From: a virus
Length of the DNA stretch: 64,000 bases
Strand: one strand, 5' to 3'
Virus record (IMG/VR): IMGVR_UViG_3300028196_000007
Coordinates: 1 to 64,000 of that record
The translations under genes and the position numbers were made by a program. Within the stretch, counting starts at the first letter, position 1; every line of letters starts with the position of its first letter. Positions 51,165-61,769 of this stretch are shown here, one piece after another. The notes under the pieces are model-generated. The model searched no databases. It worked only from the letters and a program-made list of their open reading frames with translations, and was not told where the DNA came from.

Positions 51165-53399
51165 CTAATCGTTAAATGTTGCGCCTGTTGGCATTATGTT
51201 AAAGTCAACAACAATGAATTCAGCGGCTTTAGCTGGTTGAATAAATATATCACCTTTCATGATGTTTCTATCAATGATATCTGGTGTATTGTTTGTTTCA
51301 TCCATTACAACCTTGAAAGCATAAAGACCTTGTCTTTGTTGAACTGATTCCATATAAGGATTAACTTGTGATAAGAATCTATTTCTAGTTGCTGTTGTAT
51401 TGTTTTCAAATAATAAGTATTTAGATACTGATGCAATAAATTTCTTAAGATTTATTAGTAATCTTCTTACGTTTACACGGTCAAGAGCAGAAGCTTTCTT
51501 TTGAAGAGTTTTCTGTCCCCATACACAAACACCTTCACCTGGGAATGTTGCAACTGGGTTAACTGAACCTTCATATAATACATCCCTGTTAGCGTGTGTT
51601 AGTTTTCTTTTAGCTTGTACTACTGTTTCCTGTCCACCTCTATTTAAACCAGCAGGAGCAAACCATTCTGCAGATACCTTATCGTTAAATGCATAGATAC
51701 TTGGCATAATTACAGATTGTGGAACCCAGATATATTTACCTGTTTGAGGGTCCGCAATTTGTACCCATGGCCAATACATTGCTGCATATGATGAGTCAAA
51801 GTTTTCTGCTTCTTGAGTTACAGATGCTATTTCGTTAGTTGAATAATCTACTGGATCGATTATAGTCATCACATCACCACGTTCTTCACATACAGTAACC
51901 ATTTTATTAGCTAGTCCTGTCATAGATTGAGCTGTAATTCCTGGAGCGATTAGTAAGTTAATATCGAATTCATCTTGATTAGCTAATAGATTGAATGCAC
52001 ATTCGTATGCAATATATCCAGTATCTGTTACTGCTGCTACATCCAACCCTTGGAAGTTTCCAGCAGTTGCGTTTTCATAGTAATTAGCTGCACCTGGAGT
52101 TGATGAACCTAATGGAGAATCTACAATAAAGTTTGTACCATCAGCACCACCAAAGAATGAACCAGAACCTATTTGAGGTAACGATGCAGTTGCATTAGTA
52201 TCTCTAATGTTTCCGTTTTCATCTAAATAATCTACTGTATTTAATATTGAAGCTTCATCGATGTAAACGTATTGTGAACGGTTTTTAAAATTACCGCTTG
52301 GTTGTATATATGGATTTGCAGATGTTGCGTCTCCAATTGTCGATCTTTGAGTACCTATTACCGAACCAACATAATTTTTTTCGTTAGGGTCAAGTGAGCA
52401 ATTATTCCATGTTTCAAGAATAACTTTTCTCTTTTTAGAATCATCACCTCTACGAATAGCTAAAGTAAATGTACCTTTCTTTTCGTTAACGTTTGATATT
52501 TCCCATCTAAGATTATTTCTTGTTCCAAATTTAGTTCCTGTTCCATTAAGAGATGCAGATACGTGTACTTGGTTAGCAGCAACCTTAAGATTAGTTGTAG
52601 TTGAACCAGGTAAGCTATTCATAAGCTGACCATCAGTATGTGTGTATATTTCGAATGATACAGTGTTTGAAGAATATGTTGAACCAGATGAAACTACACC
52701 TGTTACTGCAGCTAATGAGCTAGTTGATGCAACAGCGTTAGTTGATAGTGTTGTTGTTGAACCAGATATAAATTGAATTTCTGCACCATCTGCTGTAGCT
52801 GAACCAGATACCGAGAATGTACCATCAGAATGTGATACTGCAGTTCCAGCACCAACAACTGTATTCATTTCAGCTGCAAGATTTGTCATTGTCTCACCAA
52901 CAAGAGTTGCTATATCATAGTAGTAAATACCAGCAGCTGTGTTATCAGCTGGAATAGTACCTGTTTCTCCAATGAATTGATATGCAGTACCATCAGAATG
53001 AGTATACTGAATCATAACTCCATCGGCAAGAATTTTGAATGTACCAGCTGAAGCAGAAGGAGCAATACCAGCATTAGCCGTTTGGTCTAAATGAGTATAT
53101 GAATTTGCATTTCCAGAATCAGTAGGCATTATCCTTACGATAGTAGCAGGGCCACCATGCTTTAAGTATTCTTTTGCAGTGATTGATGTTAAGTATTGAT
53201 AGTAATTACTACCTGATTTAAAAGAGTCTCCATATAGAGCTTGATACTCTGAATATGAAAATACTTGTGTCGGTACTAGTGCCTGTCCTTTTACAGTTGG
53301 TCCTACGATCGCAGCACCAATTTGAGCGACGCCTTGCTGTACAAATGATAAATCATTTTCTCTTGTAAATACACCAGGGCTAATTATTTTTTCAGCCAT
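51165..53399 (-). CDS. Contractile tail sheath protein (gp18-like)
   Basis: SPGVFTRE, YWPW, WFAPAG.NRG, WGQKTL, RVNVRRL, DETNNT, AEFI. Confidence 0.95.
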   Translation of the reverse strand: MAEKIISPGVFTRENDLSFVQQGVAQIGAAIVGPTVKGQALVPTQVFSYSEYQALYGDSFKSGSNYYQYLTSITAKEYLKHGGPATIVRIMPTDSGNANSYTHLDQTANAGIAPSASAGTFKILADGVMIQYTHSDGTAYQFIGETGTIPADNTAAGIYYYDIATLVGETMTNLAAEMNTVVGAGTAVSHSDGTFSVSGSATADGAEIQFISGSTTTLSTNAVASTSSLAAVTGVVSSGSTYSSNTVSFEIYTHTDGQLMNSLPGSTTTNLKVAANQVHVSASLNGTGTKFGTRNNLRWEISNVNEKKGTFTLAIRRGDDSKKRKVILETWNNCSLDPNEKNYVGSVIGTQRSTIGDATSANPYIQPSGNFKNRSQYVYIDEASILNTVDYLDENGNIRDTNATASLPQIGSGSFFGGADGTNFIVDSPLGSSTPGAANYYENATAGNFQGLDVAAVTDTGYIAYECAFNLLANQDEFDINLLIAPGITAQSMTGLANKMVTVCEERGDVMTIIDPVDYSTNEIASVTQEAENFDSSYAAMYWPWVQIADPQTGKYIWVPQSVIMPSIYAFNDKVSAEWFAPAGLNRGGQETVVQAKRKLTHANRDVLYEGSVNPVATFPGEGVCVWGQKTLQKKASALDRVNVRRLLINLKKFIASVSKYLLFENNTTATRNRFLSQVNPYMESVQQRQGLYAFKVVMDETNNTPDIIDRNIMKGDIFIQPAKAAEFIVVDFNIMPTGATFND

Positions 53400-53487
53400 T
53401 TATTTGTCTCCTATTATTGTAAGAATTAACCTTTTTGGGTCATGTTATTTCTAATATAAATATAATGTTACAGTCTCAAAAATATTT

Positions 53488-53748
53488 TTATTCAGGCATA
53501 AATACGCCTGTTTCAAGATTTAATTGACCAACTCCATACTTTTTAGAAAGCTCTTGTACAAAAGCTTTTTCTTCTGCTCGTGTTTTATTATATTCTTTTC
53601 TTATTTGGTTTTCCGATTCGTCCAAAACTAATCTATCCATTGCAACTTGTCCATAACTAACTGTTATAGTATCATATTTGTTTTTGAATCCTTCAACCTT
53701 TTTCATTTCTTCTTCTGTAAATTTTGTGCCTTCTTTAATCTCAGCCAT
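53488..53748 (-). CDS. Small coiled-coil hypothetical protein
   Basis: Start MAEIKEG with AGGAG; C-terminal KYG.G.LNLETG.F.P. Confidence 0.65.
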   Translation of the reverse strand: MAEIKEGTKFTEEEMKKVEGFKNKYDTITVSYGQVAMDRLVLDESENQIRKEYNKTRAEEKAFVQELSKKYGVGQLNLETGVFMPE

Positions 53749-53764
53749 TTTGTTCTCCTTATAA

Positions 53765-54589
53765 CTATTTATCGAAACCTTTTTTCTTTTTAAATTCAGC
53801 CTCATCTGGAGCGAGGTTTCTGTTTATATCCTCCATCGTTGAAACTGTTTCGTTGTTAACTGTTATCTTTACTTTACCATAATCTTTAGGATTATAGTTG
53901 CTCATAGCTTTTTGTATATTATCAGGTATAACAAATCCGCTCATACCTATTGAAAAACTAGCTTTTGCAATTCTATCTTCTCCCTGTGCTGCAGCTGATT
54001 CGATATCAAAACTATCTATTTTAGAAAGAAACTTAAATGTATTATCCTGTCCCCAATATTGACCTTCAGCATAATTTATATCTTCTACTATCTTATTTAG
54101 CTGCTCCAAGTACTCTGCATATATTACGCATTCGTATGTGAGTTTTACATAATCAGGTATTACTATGTTGTGGAATTCTGTTTCAGGTTTTCTTCCTATG
54201 AGTATATCAAATCTATCGTATCTATTTCTTTTAGAATATTTTTTTTGAAAGCCGTAGTATAAAGGATTGTTTGTATCAACTTTACTTCCTAAGTCTCTAC
54301 GTTTTTCTACACTAGTTCTTTTGTAAACAATTGCAGGATATTGTACCTTTCCTTTCTTGTCTCTATATATTCCTGTTTTCTGTATAGACTTCCATCTTTC
54401 AGGTGAACCATATACTACAGGTACATTAACTCTTTCTCCATCTTCCATTACACTTGGCTGTATTACATTGTCAAAATAGTATTTAATTACAGAGTCAACA
54501 TCATATAGATTTACAGACAAATCTTTTACATTATCATCTCTTCTGATTTGATTTGCTCTGTCAACGTTTTTATAATTAGGATTATCCAT
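53765..54589 (-). CDS. Tail sheath stabilizer/completion protein (gp15-like)
   Basis: VPVVYG.PERW, P.I, position. Confidence 0.65.
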   Translation of the reverse strand: MDNPNYKNVDRANQIRRDDNVKDLSVNLYDVDSVIKYYFDNVIQPSVMEDGERVNVPVVYGSPERWKSIQKTGIYRDKKGKVQYPAIVYKRTSVEKRRDLGSKVDTNNPLYYGFQKKYSKRNRYDRFDILIGRKPETEFHNIVIPDYVKLTYECVIYAEYLEQLNKIVEDINYAEGQYWGQDNTFKFLSKIDSFDIESAAAQGEDRIAKASFSIGMSGFVIPDNIQKAMSNYNPKDYGKVKITVNNETVSTMEDINRNLAPDEAEFKKKKGFDK

Positions 54590-55184
54590 AAAGTCCTCCT
54601 CTCTGCTCGTCTATTTTTGTCCCGCTAACATACTCATCATATCCAGCTCTTACATTTTCAAGTGTATTTATCTTACTTCTTCTCATTTCGTGTGTTTCTA
54701 TAATAACAGACCAGCTAGCTCCGTGTGTACCACCAAGAGAATCTGTTGCTGGATTTTTGCCAAATAGATATTGGCCTTGTGCTACTGTATCGATTTCACA
54801 GTACATATTATCCCAAAATATTACATCGCCAACTTCTAGGAATATGTCTGCTTCTTGTGCGTTTTCATTAGGGTCTGTAGTATTGTTTGTAGAACCTAAT
54901 TCTAGTGCTGCAAGGTCGTCTCTTAAAAATGAGAATTTTATATTTCTAGTATAATCCGAACCAATATCTTCAGAAGTATATGACTTGGCATCCATTTCTA
55001 TAAGACCTGCAACTCGGACTCCTGGCTTGAATACTTTACTAAGAGCTTCTCCATAAAGATTTTCCTTTGTATCAAATATTGAATACTTAAATATATCACA
55101 TCGAGTATCGATTATTTCGTTTATCAATTCTCTGTTCAAATGTCTAAATAGACTTATATCTCTGCTTCCTCCGAATAGTGCCAT
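54582..55184 (-). CDS. Neck protein (gp14-like)
   Basis: NLYGEA..K.F, VGDVI; position. Confidence 0.65.
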   Translation of the reverse strand: MALFGGSRDISLFRHLNRELINEIIDTRCDIFKYSIFDTKENLYGEALSKVFKPGVRVAGLIEMDAKSYTSEDIGSDYTRNIKFSFLRDDLAALELGSTNNTTDPNENAQEADIFLEVGDVIFWDNMYCEIDTVAQGQYLFGKNPATDSLGGTHGASWSVIIETHEMRRSKINTLENVRAGYDEYVSGTKIDEQRGGLYG

Positions 55185-55185
55185 G

Positions 55186-56322
55186 TTATCCTATGTATAT
55201 GTTAAGCGGTGCTTTGTTAAGCATACCTTGTTGAAAATCTGTTATTTCTTGTTCTTTCTCCATCAAGTTTCTTCTTGATGCAGCTTCTAAGTCTTCTCTT
55301 AATGTGGCTATTAAAGCTTCTGCTTCTGCAATACCTTCAGATCGTAATGTGTCGCCATCTAAAGTTGTATCTGCTCCTGGAATTGGAATTGTACTATATT
55401 TACTTCTAATAGAGCCTAGAATCTGCTTTGTTAGTGCTAATGTATATTTTCTTATCCACTGCAATCCTGGGTCGTTGATATTTGCATATGTCATATTATC
55501 GTATGTCATGTTTGAATAATCAGATATTGAAGCTGAAGTTATTAAAGTGTCTCTATCTGAAGTATGTATATATTCTACATAAAACTTAAAAGACGAATTA
55601 GGTCTAGGGAATATTTTTAGTTTATTATTGACAAGTTCAAAAGTGTAGTGAGATTTACGGATAGTGTCATTGAACTCTGTCTGCTGTATTTTTAGTAAAT
55701 CGTCATAAATTGGCATTGCTAGATATTGAGCTCCACCTAAACTACCTCCCCAACCAAAGTTGTTAAGTGCGTAATCAAAACCTAGTCCCTGATCGTAATG
55801 TCTATCAGCTGCTGGTGATATATGGTGGAATACTCTTTTTACTTCTATGTCTGAAGTTTCAACTACATCAGCTGAAGATGTTAATACCAAGTTTAAATCG
55901 TATTCCTGTACACTTGCTGTTGTATTTATGTATCCTTTTCTCCAGTCAACATTACCTCCACTACCAGCTTCTGAGCCATACTGCTTTGATAGTGCTATTA
56001 GTCTACCTAAATTTGGAGTTATTGCTTTATGTGTAAAATTTGTCGATGTTGAATTACCTTTCGCACTTAATAGATTTTCTCTTATATTGAATCTATTTAC
56101 CTGAGCACTATATTCAGTTACAGATTCTTCAAAACATGCAAAGAATTGATCGTTGCTCATTTCTATATCTGTTATGGGATATCCTAAACGTGATGCGCAC
56201 CATACTGCAGTTTTTGCAGATGCAGTTACGTATGATTGGTCGTTATCATATAAGCCAAATGGTGTACTACCACTTACTGAAGATGATGCTACCGTTCCAT
56301 TATATATTGCTATGTTTGCCAT
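55186..56322 (-). CDS. Neck protein (gp13-like)
   Basis: RLGYP..DIE, WIRKYTLA..K..LG..RSKY, LDG. Confidence 0.78.
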   Translation of the reverse strand: MANIAIYNGTVASSSVSGSTPFGLYDNDQSYVTASAKTAVWCASRLGYPITDIEMSNDQFFACFEESVTEYSAQVNRFNIRENLLSAKGNSTSTNFTHKAITPNLGRLIALSKQYGSEAGSGGNVDWRKGYINTTASVQEYDLNLVLTSSADVVETSDIEVKRVFHHISPAADRHYDQGLGFDYALNNFGWGGSLGGAQYLAMPIYDDLLKIQQTEFNDTIRKSHYTFELVNNKLKIFPRPNSSFKFYVEYIHTSDRDTLITSASISDYSNMTYDNMTYANINDPGLQWIRKYTLALTKQILGSIRSKYSTIPIPGADTTLDGDTLRSEGIAEAEALIATLREDLEAASRRNLMEKEQEITDFQQGMLNKAPLNIYIG

Positions 56323-56374
56323 TATTTATTCCCTATATTAGTTTTATATAAATATCAAGAACTAGTCTCTTTGT

Positions 56375-57037
56375 CTACATACCCATTAGCATTTCAAACA
56401 CATTGTCAATTGCTGGATGTCTGTGGTTATCTAGTAGTATTCTTTTGTATACATAAGGCGATTCTTTTATTTTTGAGACATCTACTATTGCAGAGTAGTT
56501 TATATCTTTTAAATCTATCTGTTGATTGTCACCACAGAATATCATTGTAGAACCTTTACCTAGCCTACCTAATGCCATTCTTAGCTGAGCCCTAGTTAAG
56601 TTCTGGAACTCATCTATAATTACAACTGAATTTTCAAATGTGCGGCCTCTGAAGTGAGCAAGTGATACCAATTCTATATCTTCGCTGCTTTCCATTTTTT
56701 CTAATATCTGAGGTTTGTTATATACCTTTCGCATATTTGAGCGTATAGGTACTAACCACGGCTCCATCTTTTCTTTTTCAGAACCTGGTAAAAAACCGTT
56801 GTCTTCTGTAGACACTGTAGGTCTTGTTATAATAATCTTGTTTATCATTCTTTTAAAAAACATATCAAGTGCAACCTGGCATGCTAGTAGTGTTTTACCT
56901 GAGCCGGCTTTTCCTACAATAAAATTATAGGGATGGTGCAGCATTGCTTGCTTTGCTGACTTCTGTTCTTCTGATAGTGATATTGAAAATTTTACGTTTC
57001 CTTTGGGCGGTGTTTTTTCAATGTTTTGTTTAGCCAT
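56375..57037 (-). CDS. phoH: PhoH-like ATPase
   Basis: GKAGSGKT, RP, GFLPG, RGRTF, DEFQN, GD..QIDL, NHRH. Confidence 0.92.
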   Translation of the reverse strand: MAKQNIEKTPPKGNVKFSISLSEEQKSAKQAMLHHPYNFIVGKAGSGKTLLACQVALDMFFKRMINKIIITRPTVSTEDNGFLPGSEKEKMEPWLVPIRSNMRKVYNKPQILEKMESSEDIELVSLAHFRGRTFENSVVIIDEFQNLTRAQLRMALGRLGKGSTMIFCGDNQQIDLKDINYSAIVDVSKIKESPYVYKRILLDNHRHPAIDNVFEMLMGM

Positions 57038-57076
57038 AATTAACCTCCATTGTATTTACTATAAATATCACTATAC

Positions 57077-57103
57077 AAAAAAAGACCCCTCCGAAGAGGG
57101 GTC
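57077..57103 (-). terminator. Intrinsic terminator after major capsid gene
   Basis: GACCCCTC-TTCG-GAGGGGTC plus T7. Confidence 0.88.
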
Positions 57104-57137
57104 CTTAAATAAAATATAATCTGTTTCTTAACTAATA

Positions 57138-58736
57138 TTAGCTATTGAAAGAACCAGAAATTGAACCAAATGAAGATACCCAAGCAGCATCGTCGACAGT
57201 GATTTTACCGTAGAAGTCGTTTCTTACAACTTTCTTAGCGTATCTTGTCATCACACCTTTTCTTGGAGTAAAGTTAGTTGGGTCATATACTAGTGGAGTC
57301 ATGATTAACGGAATGTATGGAGCAAATACAGCACCAGTTTCAAGGAATTGTGTTCCTCTAAATCCTGTTAAAATTTCTTGTCCTGTCCAGTAAGGGTTTT
57401 TGTAAATTGTAAATCTGTTCGAAAGTGAACCGATTGCAGTTACACCCATTGCAAAGCTTCCTGCAGTACCATCAGTATTTGCAGAGTAACCAGCGATAGA
57501 CTCTAAGTATGTAGCGATTTGTGGAGAACAAACAGCGAAGTTAGCTCCTCCTCTCATCGTTGATTGGTGGATAGTGTTCGACATTACTTGCATTGTGATT
57601 CCTAGTTGAGCAAAAGCATCACCATAAGTTTCACCAGCTTGTGGTACGTCAGCAGTGAATGTTGCAGAGAATCCAGCAGCTTTTGAAAGCATTGCTAAAA
57701 TTTCCATGTCGATTTCCATTGAAATGTATTCAGATAGCATAGATGTTAATTCTGCTTCAGCATCAATTGAATGATAAGCATTTAAATCTTGTGCGAATTC
57801 TGGTGACCATTTAACTTTAAGTTTTCTAGTCTTAGCAACTAAAGCTTCTTGAGTTAATTGAACATCAATTTCTGGAATTTCTAAATCTGAACCAACTCCA
57901 GTACTAGCACCTCCCATTTCAATACCTACTGAATCTTCAAAGTCACCTCTTAAGGTAGCAGTTTGAGTATTTCTGTAGTAGAATAAGTTTCCACCTGTTC
58001 CAGGTAAAGCCATGTTAGAACCAGCTAATGTAGCAGCACTTCCAAGTCCTTTAAATGTTACAGATGTAGTACCATTATAAGCAGATGCAGTAAATACCGT
58101 ATCTCCTGCAGCACCACCAGTTGAACCAGATACAACATAAAATGCTGAAGCTAAATCGTAGTCTACGTCAGTTGGAGCATCTCCGAAAGATAAAGTACCT
58201 GCAAGGTTTAATACACCAGCAGCTAAATCAGCTGAGTTAGATACAGCAACTTTTACTTTTCCTAATGAATATCCAGCAGGACGTCCACCCATATCTGAAT
58301 CCCAGTTTCCGTATAATCCATCGTTCATGTTTGGTTTGTTTTTACCAGAACCACCGTATAAAGAATTGCCATCTTCATGACGTCCTTTAGCTGTTCCGTA
58401 TTTGAAATCTAACCAGAAAACTAGACCTGAAGGTAAGTTCATTGGTTGTACGCTGACAAATTCCTTTGCAGAAATTTCAGCAAAGATTCTTCTAACTAAT
58501 GGTAAAGCTACACCATTCCAGTCCTCACGACCACCAGCATCGGTAGCGTTAGCTTCTGAAATAAGTTGTTTAGCTTGATTTTCTAAAAGGATTGCAGTAT
58601 TGTGTTTGTTATACTCCTCAGTAACTCCTTCTAAAAGACCAGTTTTTTCCCATTTAGTTACAAGACCTTTAGTTTGGTTTCTCTGAGCAGCAAATTGTGC
58701 TTGAGAATCTTGTAATAAATCGTTAATTTGTGACAT
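57138..58736 (-). CDS. Major capsid protein (T4 gp23-like)
   Basis: LLENQ, LVRR, VQPM..PSGL.F, AKTRKLK, E.AQDL, APYIPL, F.P..G..TRY. Confidence 0.95.
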   Translation of the reverse strand: MSQINDLLQDSQAQFAAQRNQTKGLVTKWEKTGLLEGVTEEYNKHNTAILLENQAKQLISEANATDAGGREDWNGVALPLVRRIFAEISAKEFVSVQPMNLPSGLVFWLDFKYGTAKGRHEDGNSLYGGSGKNKPNMNDGLYGNWDSDMGGRPAGYSLGKVKVAVSNSADLAAGVLNLAGTLSFGDAPTDVDYDLASAFYVVSGSTGGAAGDTVFTASAYNGTTSVTFKGLGSAATLAGSNMALPGTGGNLFYYRNTQTATLRGDFEDSVGIEMGGASTGVGSDLEIPEIDVQLTQEALVAKTRKLKVKWSPEFAQDLNAYHSIDAEAELTSMLSEYISMEIDMEILAMLSKAAGFSATFTADVPQAGETYGDAFAQLGITMQVMSNTIHQSTMRGGANFAVCSPQIATYLESIAGYSANTDGTAGSFAMGVTAIGSLSNRFTIYKNPYWTGQEILTGFRGTQFLETGAVFAPYIPLIMTPLVYDPTNFTPRKGVMTRYAKKVVRNDFYGKITVDDAAWVSSFGSISGSFNS

Positions 58737-58767
58737 TTTTTAAGTCTCCTATTTTTTAAAAATTAAA

Positions 58768-59715
58768 TTATTTTAATCCTGCTAACCTTTGCATTCTAGC
58801 TGCAAAAGTATTTGATTCAACAATTACATCTTTCGATGGCTTTGTAGAACCGATTGTTTTTGATGCGAAGCTTTCGTTAACTTTCTTCTTTGGAACATAG
58901 TTCGTGATTGATTCAGCTAATGTAGAATAAACTAATTTAACTTCTCTTACAGAATTTGCTCTATCGAATGTTTCGATAACTTTCATCTTTTGTGATTCTG
59001 ATAAACTGTTTCCTCTGAATAATTTGTTTGAATAAAGTAATTTAGAGTTTAGTAAGTTTACTTCGTTAATTTTAGATTTTAAAAATCTAATAACTTTGTA
59101 AGCTTCTTCTAATTCATCTTCTTCTTCAAGTTCTTCAGTTTCTTCTAATTCATCTTCTTCTCTTAGTGCAGAAATAATCTCTTCTAAGTCCATTTCTTCC
59201 TCAACTTCATCTTCTTCAGATAGGGCTTTGGCGTCGTTATCAGGTTCAGCATCAAGTGACTTTTCGTTAGCAGCTGGGTCTTCAGTATCGGCTTTTAATT
59301 CGCCTTCTTCTAAATCCTCATCTTCTTCAAGTTCCTTAATGATTTCTTCCAATTCCATTTCGTCTTCGTCCATTTCTTCTGTTTCTTCGATTTCCTCAGT
59401 CTCATTGTATGATTCATCAGCAGGCATATCTGCACCTGTTTCGTCTGTTTCATCATCAGCAGAGCCAGTGTCAGCAGCATCAGCAGTAGTGTCAGCGATA
59501 GCAACTTCTTCGTCCTCAATTGAGGTATCAGTAGCAGCTAATTCATCTTCTTCTTCTAATTCTTCATCCATTTCTTCGGCAATCTTATTAGATAACATAG
59601 ATTGTAGTTTGGGAGTAAATGCTTCTTCAAGAGCTAATTTCGCGTTTGCTATTGCAGTTGAACGAACCGCTTTAGCGTCGGCAATTGCCTCTTTTAATAA
59701 GTCGTTTTTTGACAT
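58768..59715 (-). CDS. Prohead scaffold/core protein
   Basis: Very acidic, many LEE sites, directly upstream of MCP; start MSKN fits AGGAG spacing. Confidence 0.75.
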   Translation of the reverse strand: MSKNDLLKEAIADAKAVRSTAIANAKLALEEAFTPKLQSMLSNKIAEEMDEELEEEDELAATDTSIEDEEVAIADTTADAADTGSADDETDETGADMPADESYNETEEIEETEEMDEDEMELEEIIKELEEDEDLEEGELKADTEDPAANEKSLDAEPDNDAKALSEEDEVEEEMDLEEIISALREEDELEETEELEEEDELEEAYKVIRFLKSKINEVNLLNSKLLYSNKLFRGNSLSESQKMKVIETFDRANSVREVKLVYSTLAESITNYVPKKKVNESFASKTIGSTKPSKDVIVESNTFAARMQRLAGLK

Positions 59716-59867
59716 TATCATTCTCCTTTAATTTTTGTTCTGGAAATAAGGTTATTAGGAACCTTAATAGGGTAGTTATAGTTTGTGTATTGTATTATAT
59801 AGAGATAATACATTTTGTATACACGTAATTTTTCCTATATAAATATATATGTAAAACCTGAAAAACT

Positions 59868-59891
59868 AAAAAAGAGCTTAAAAAAGCTCTT
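59868..59891 (-). terminator. Possible terminator after bS21
   Basis: AAGAGCT/AGCTCTT stem plus T-run. Confidence 0.55.
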
Positions 59892-59910
59892 CTTTATAAA
59901 AATATTTTAT

Positions 59911-60255
59911 TTATTTTGCCCTGCCTTCTTCTATGGCGACCCAAACATATCCCTTTTCATTTCTTTTAGCAATTCTTTCTTTATATTGCTGGGACCTTAT
60001 TGCCTCCTCTTTCTTCTTTCTTCTAACTTGTGCAGGTTTAATATATTCGTTTTTAGCTCTATACTTAGATATCTTATCTGAATCTTTTAATTGACGCTTA
60101 AGATATTTCAGTGCTCGTTCCAGTGTATATGTATTAGTGTCTGGAACTTTTACTCCTTCGGGATTTCCTTCTAGATAGAAGTCATGTCTTCCAAAGCTTT
60201 TCTTTTTAAAAGGCTTTTTCTTAAAGTCCTTTTTGTAATTGGGTTTGTGTTTCAT
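59911..60255 (-). CDS. rpsU: Ribosomal protein bS21 homolog with basic N-terminal extension
   Basis: VKV...LERALKYLKR......I......YIKPxxxRR. Confidence 0.8.
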   Translation of the reverse strand: MKHKPNYKKDFKKKPFKKKSFGRHDFYLEGNPEGVKVPDTNTYTLERALKYLKRQLKDSDKISKYRAKNEYIKPAQVRRKKKEEAIRSQQYKERIAKRNEKGYVWVAIEEGRAK

Positions 60256-60358
60256 TTGTATTATTTACGTTAAACTTAATTTATATCTAATATAACAAAA
60301 AAATCCGATATATAAAACATATACCGGACTTTTTTAAATATACTATTTTTATTGTATT

Positions 60359-61765
60359 TTATCGCTGCTTGCTTTCATTTGCCATGTTATATCTTACATC
60401 TTCTAACCAATCAGATACATCGAAATCTCCATAGTCTTTTACAAAATCCATTGGTTTTTTTCTTGCAATTTGCTCAATAGACTTTAGATAATCTTTAACA
60501 TAATTTTTATCTAATTTTCTACCACCTGTTGTTTTCATCAAAGCTTTAACTGCATTAGTTAAAGTGTCTTTTGCTGTTGCTTCATTTAATTTGCCTTCAT
60601 ATAACAAATCAAACATTGTGTTTTGTACTTTAGTTGAACTAGCTCTACCACCAGCTTTTTCAATTGCTCTTCTAGCTTTTAGAGCATTTTTCTTAAGTAC
60701 CATATAATATCCATTTCTAGGACCACCCATTTTCTTAATATATTGTGCACCTTGTATTTTAGAACCAACAGGTCTTGAATTACCTCTAGGGTCTATTATT
60801 ACAAATTCTCTAGATTCATTTATAGATTCTTTAACTATGTCTCTGTATTCGCCTTGATTAACTATCTTAGCTTTCTGTAGCATGTCAGTATAATAATCTT
60901 TGATTTCTTTCATATAGTTTGCAACGTAATCAGTTCTCCAAGATGTATCAACATCTTTTCCTTTCATTGCTGCCTTTTCTTTTTCTGCAGCAGCAAATTC
61001 TTGTTTGTATCTTACGTACGAGTCAACCATTCTAGAATATCTATCAGTAACAGTTTTATATGTATCCCACGATGTTTGGTATTTACCTTTTTTAAGCATC
61101 TGAGTATTTTTATCTATTACCTGTTGAACTACCTTAGCAGCTTGAGCCATAAGCTTTTCCATACCTTCTGCGCCTGTTGCTGCAACTTTCATAGTTAAAG
61201 CTTTTTTATATCTCTTATGATTTGCGTTAGCAACATCTCTAGCTTGCATTAATGCCGTAGCACCTTTTTGAGCTTCTGCTCTAGCAGCTTGTTTTTCTTT
61301 TGCTGAAGGTATATCTGATAAAGCAATGCTGATTACTCTGTCGGCTACTTCAGAATATCTTTTGTAATTGTCAACTGACTTCTGTTGATTACCTACCATA
61401 CTAGGTGTAGATGAATATCTTTGCTTTGGCCAATACATAGATTTTTTACCTATAGTAATTCCTATAATACCTTTTCTAAGTCTTCCGTATTCACTAGTTC
61501 GTTGGAATGGATTTTCTTTATCGTTATCTAATACAAAGATATTCATATAATCATTTGAAGGGTTAGCACTTGCTCCTACGTTTTTATCTTCTACATCAGA
61601 CCAAGCGAAGCCTCTAGTTTTAGCAGTAGAGCCAAAAAATCTCTGGTCTGTTGAATCCATCATTTTAAATAATTGAGTTATCTTGCTGGAAGCAAACTTT
61701 TCTGTAATTAGAGATTTCATTATTTCTTCTCTAATTATTTTTCTTAATTTTTCTTCTTTATTCAT
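60359..61765 (-). CDS. Putative modular internal head polyprotein
   Basis: KIIREE, LITE, KESINE, EGKLNE, ANE. Confidence 0.5.
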   Translation of the reverse strand: MNKEEKLRKIIREEIMKSLITEKFASSKITQLFKMMDSTDQRFFGSTAKTRGFAWSDVEDKNVGASANPSNDYMNIFVLDNDKENPFQRTSEYGRLRKGIIGITIGKKSMYWPKQRYSSTPSMVGNQQKSVDNYKRYSEVADRVISIALSDIPSAKEKQAARAEAQKGATALMQARDVANANHKRYKKALTMKVAATGAEGMEKLMAQAAKVVQQVIDKNTQMLKKGKYQTSWDTYKTVTDRYSRMVDSYVRYKQEFAAAEKEKAAMKGKDVDTSWRTDYVANYMKEIKDYYTDMLQKAKIVNQGEYRDIVKESINESREFVIIDPRGNSRPVGSKIQGAQYIKKMGGPRNGYYMVLKKNALKARRAIEKAGGRASSTKVQNTMFDLLYEGKLNEATAKDTLTNAVKALMKTTGGRKLDKNYVKDYLKSIEQIARKKPMDFVKDYGDFDVSDWLEDVRYNMANESKQR

Positions 61766-61769
61766 TGTA

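Noticed and set aside
56375-57037. PhoH between capsid and neck genes, and UvsE, as novelties
   Set aside because: Common accessory genes in aquatic phages
60297-60335. Imperfect inverted repeat upstream of bS21 as a separate element
   Set aside because: Most simply a terminator hairpin for the upstream gene overlapping the class A promoter
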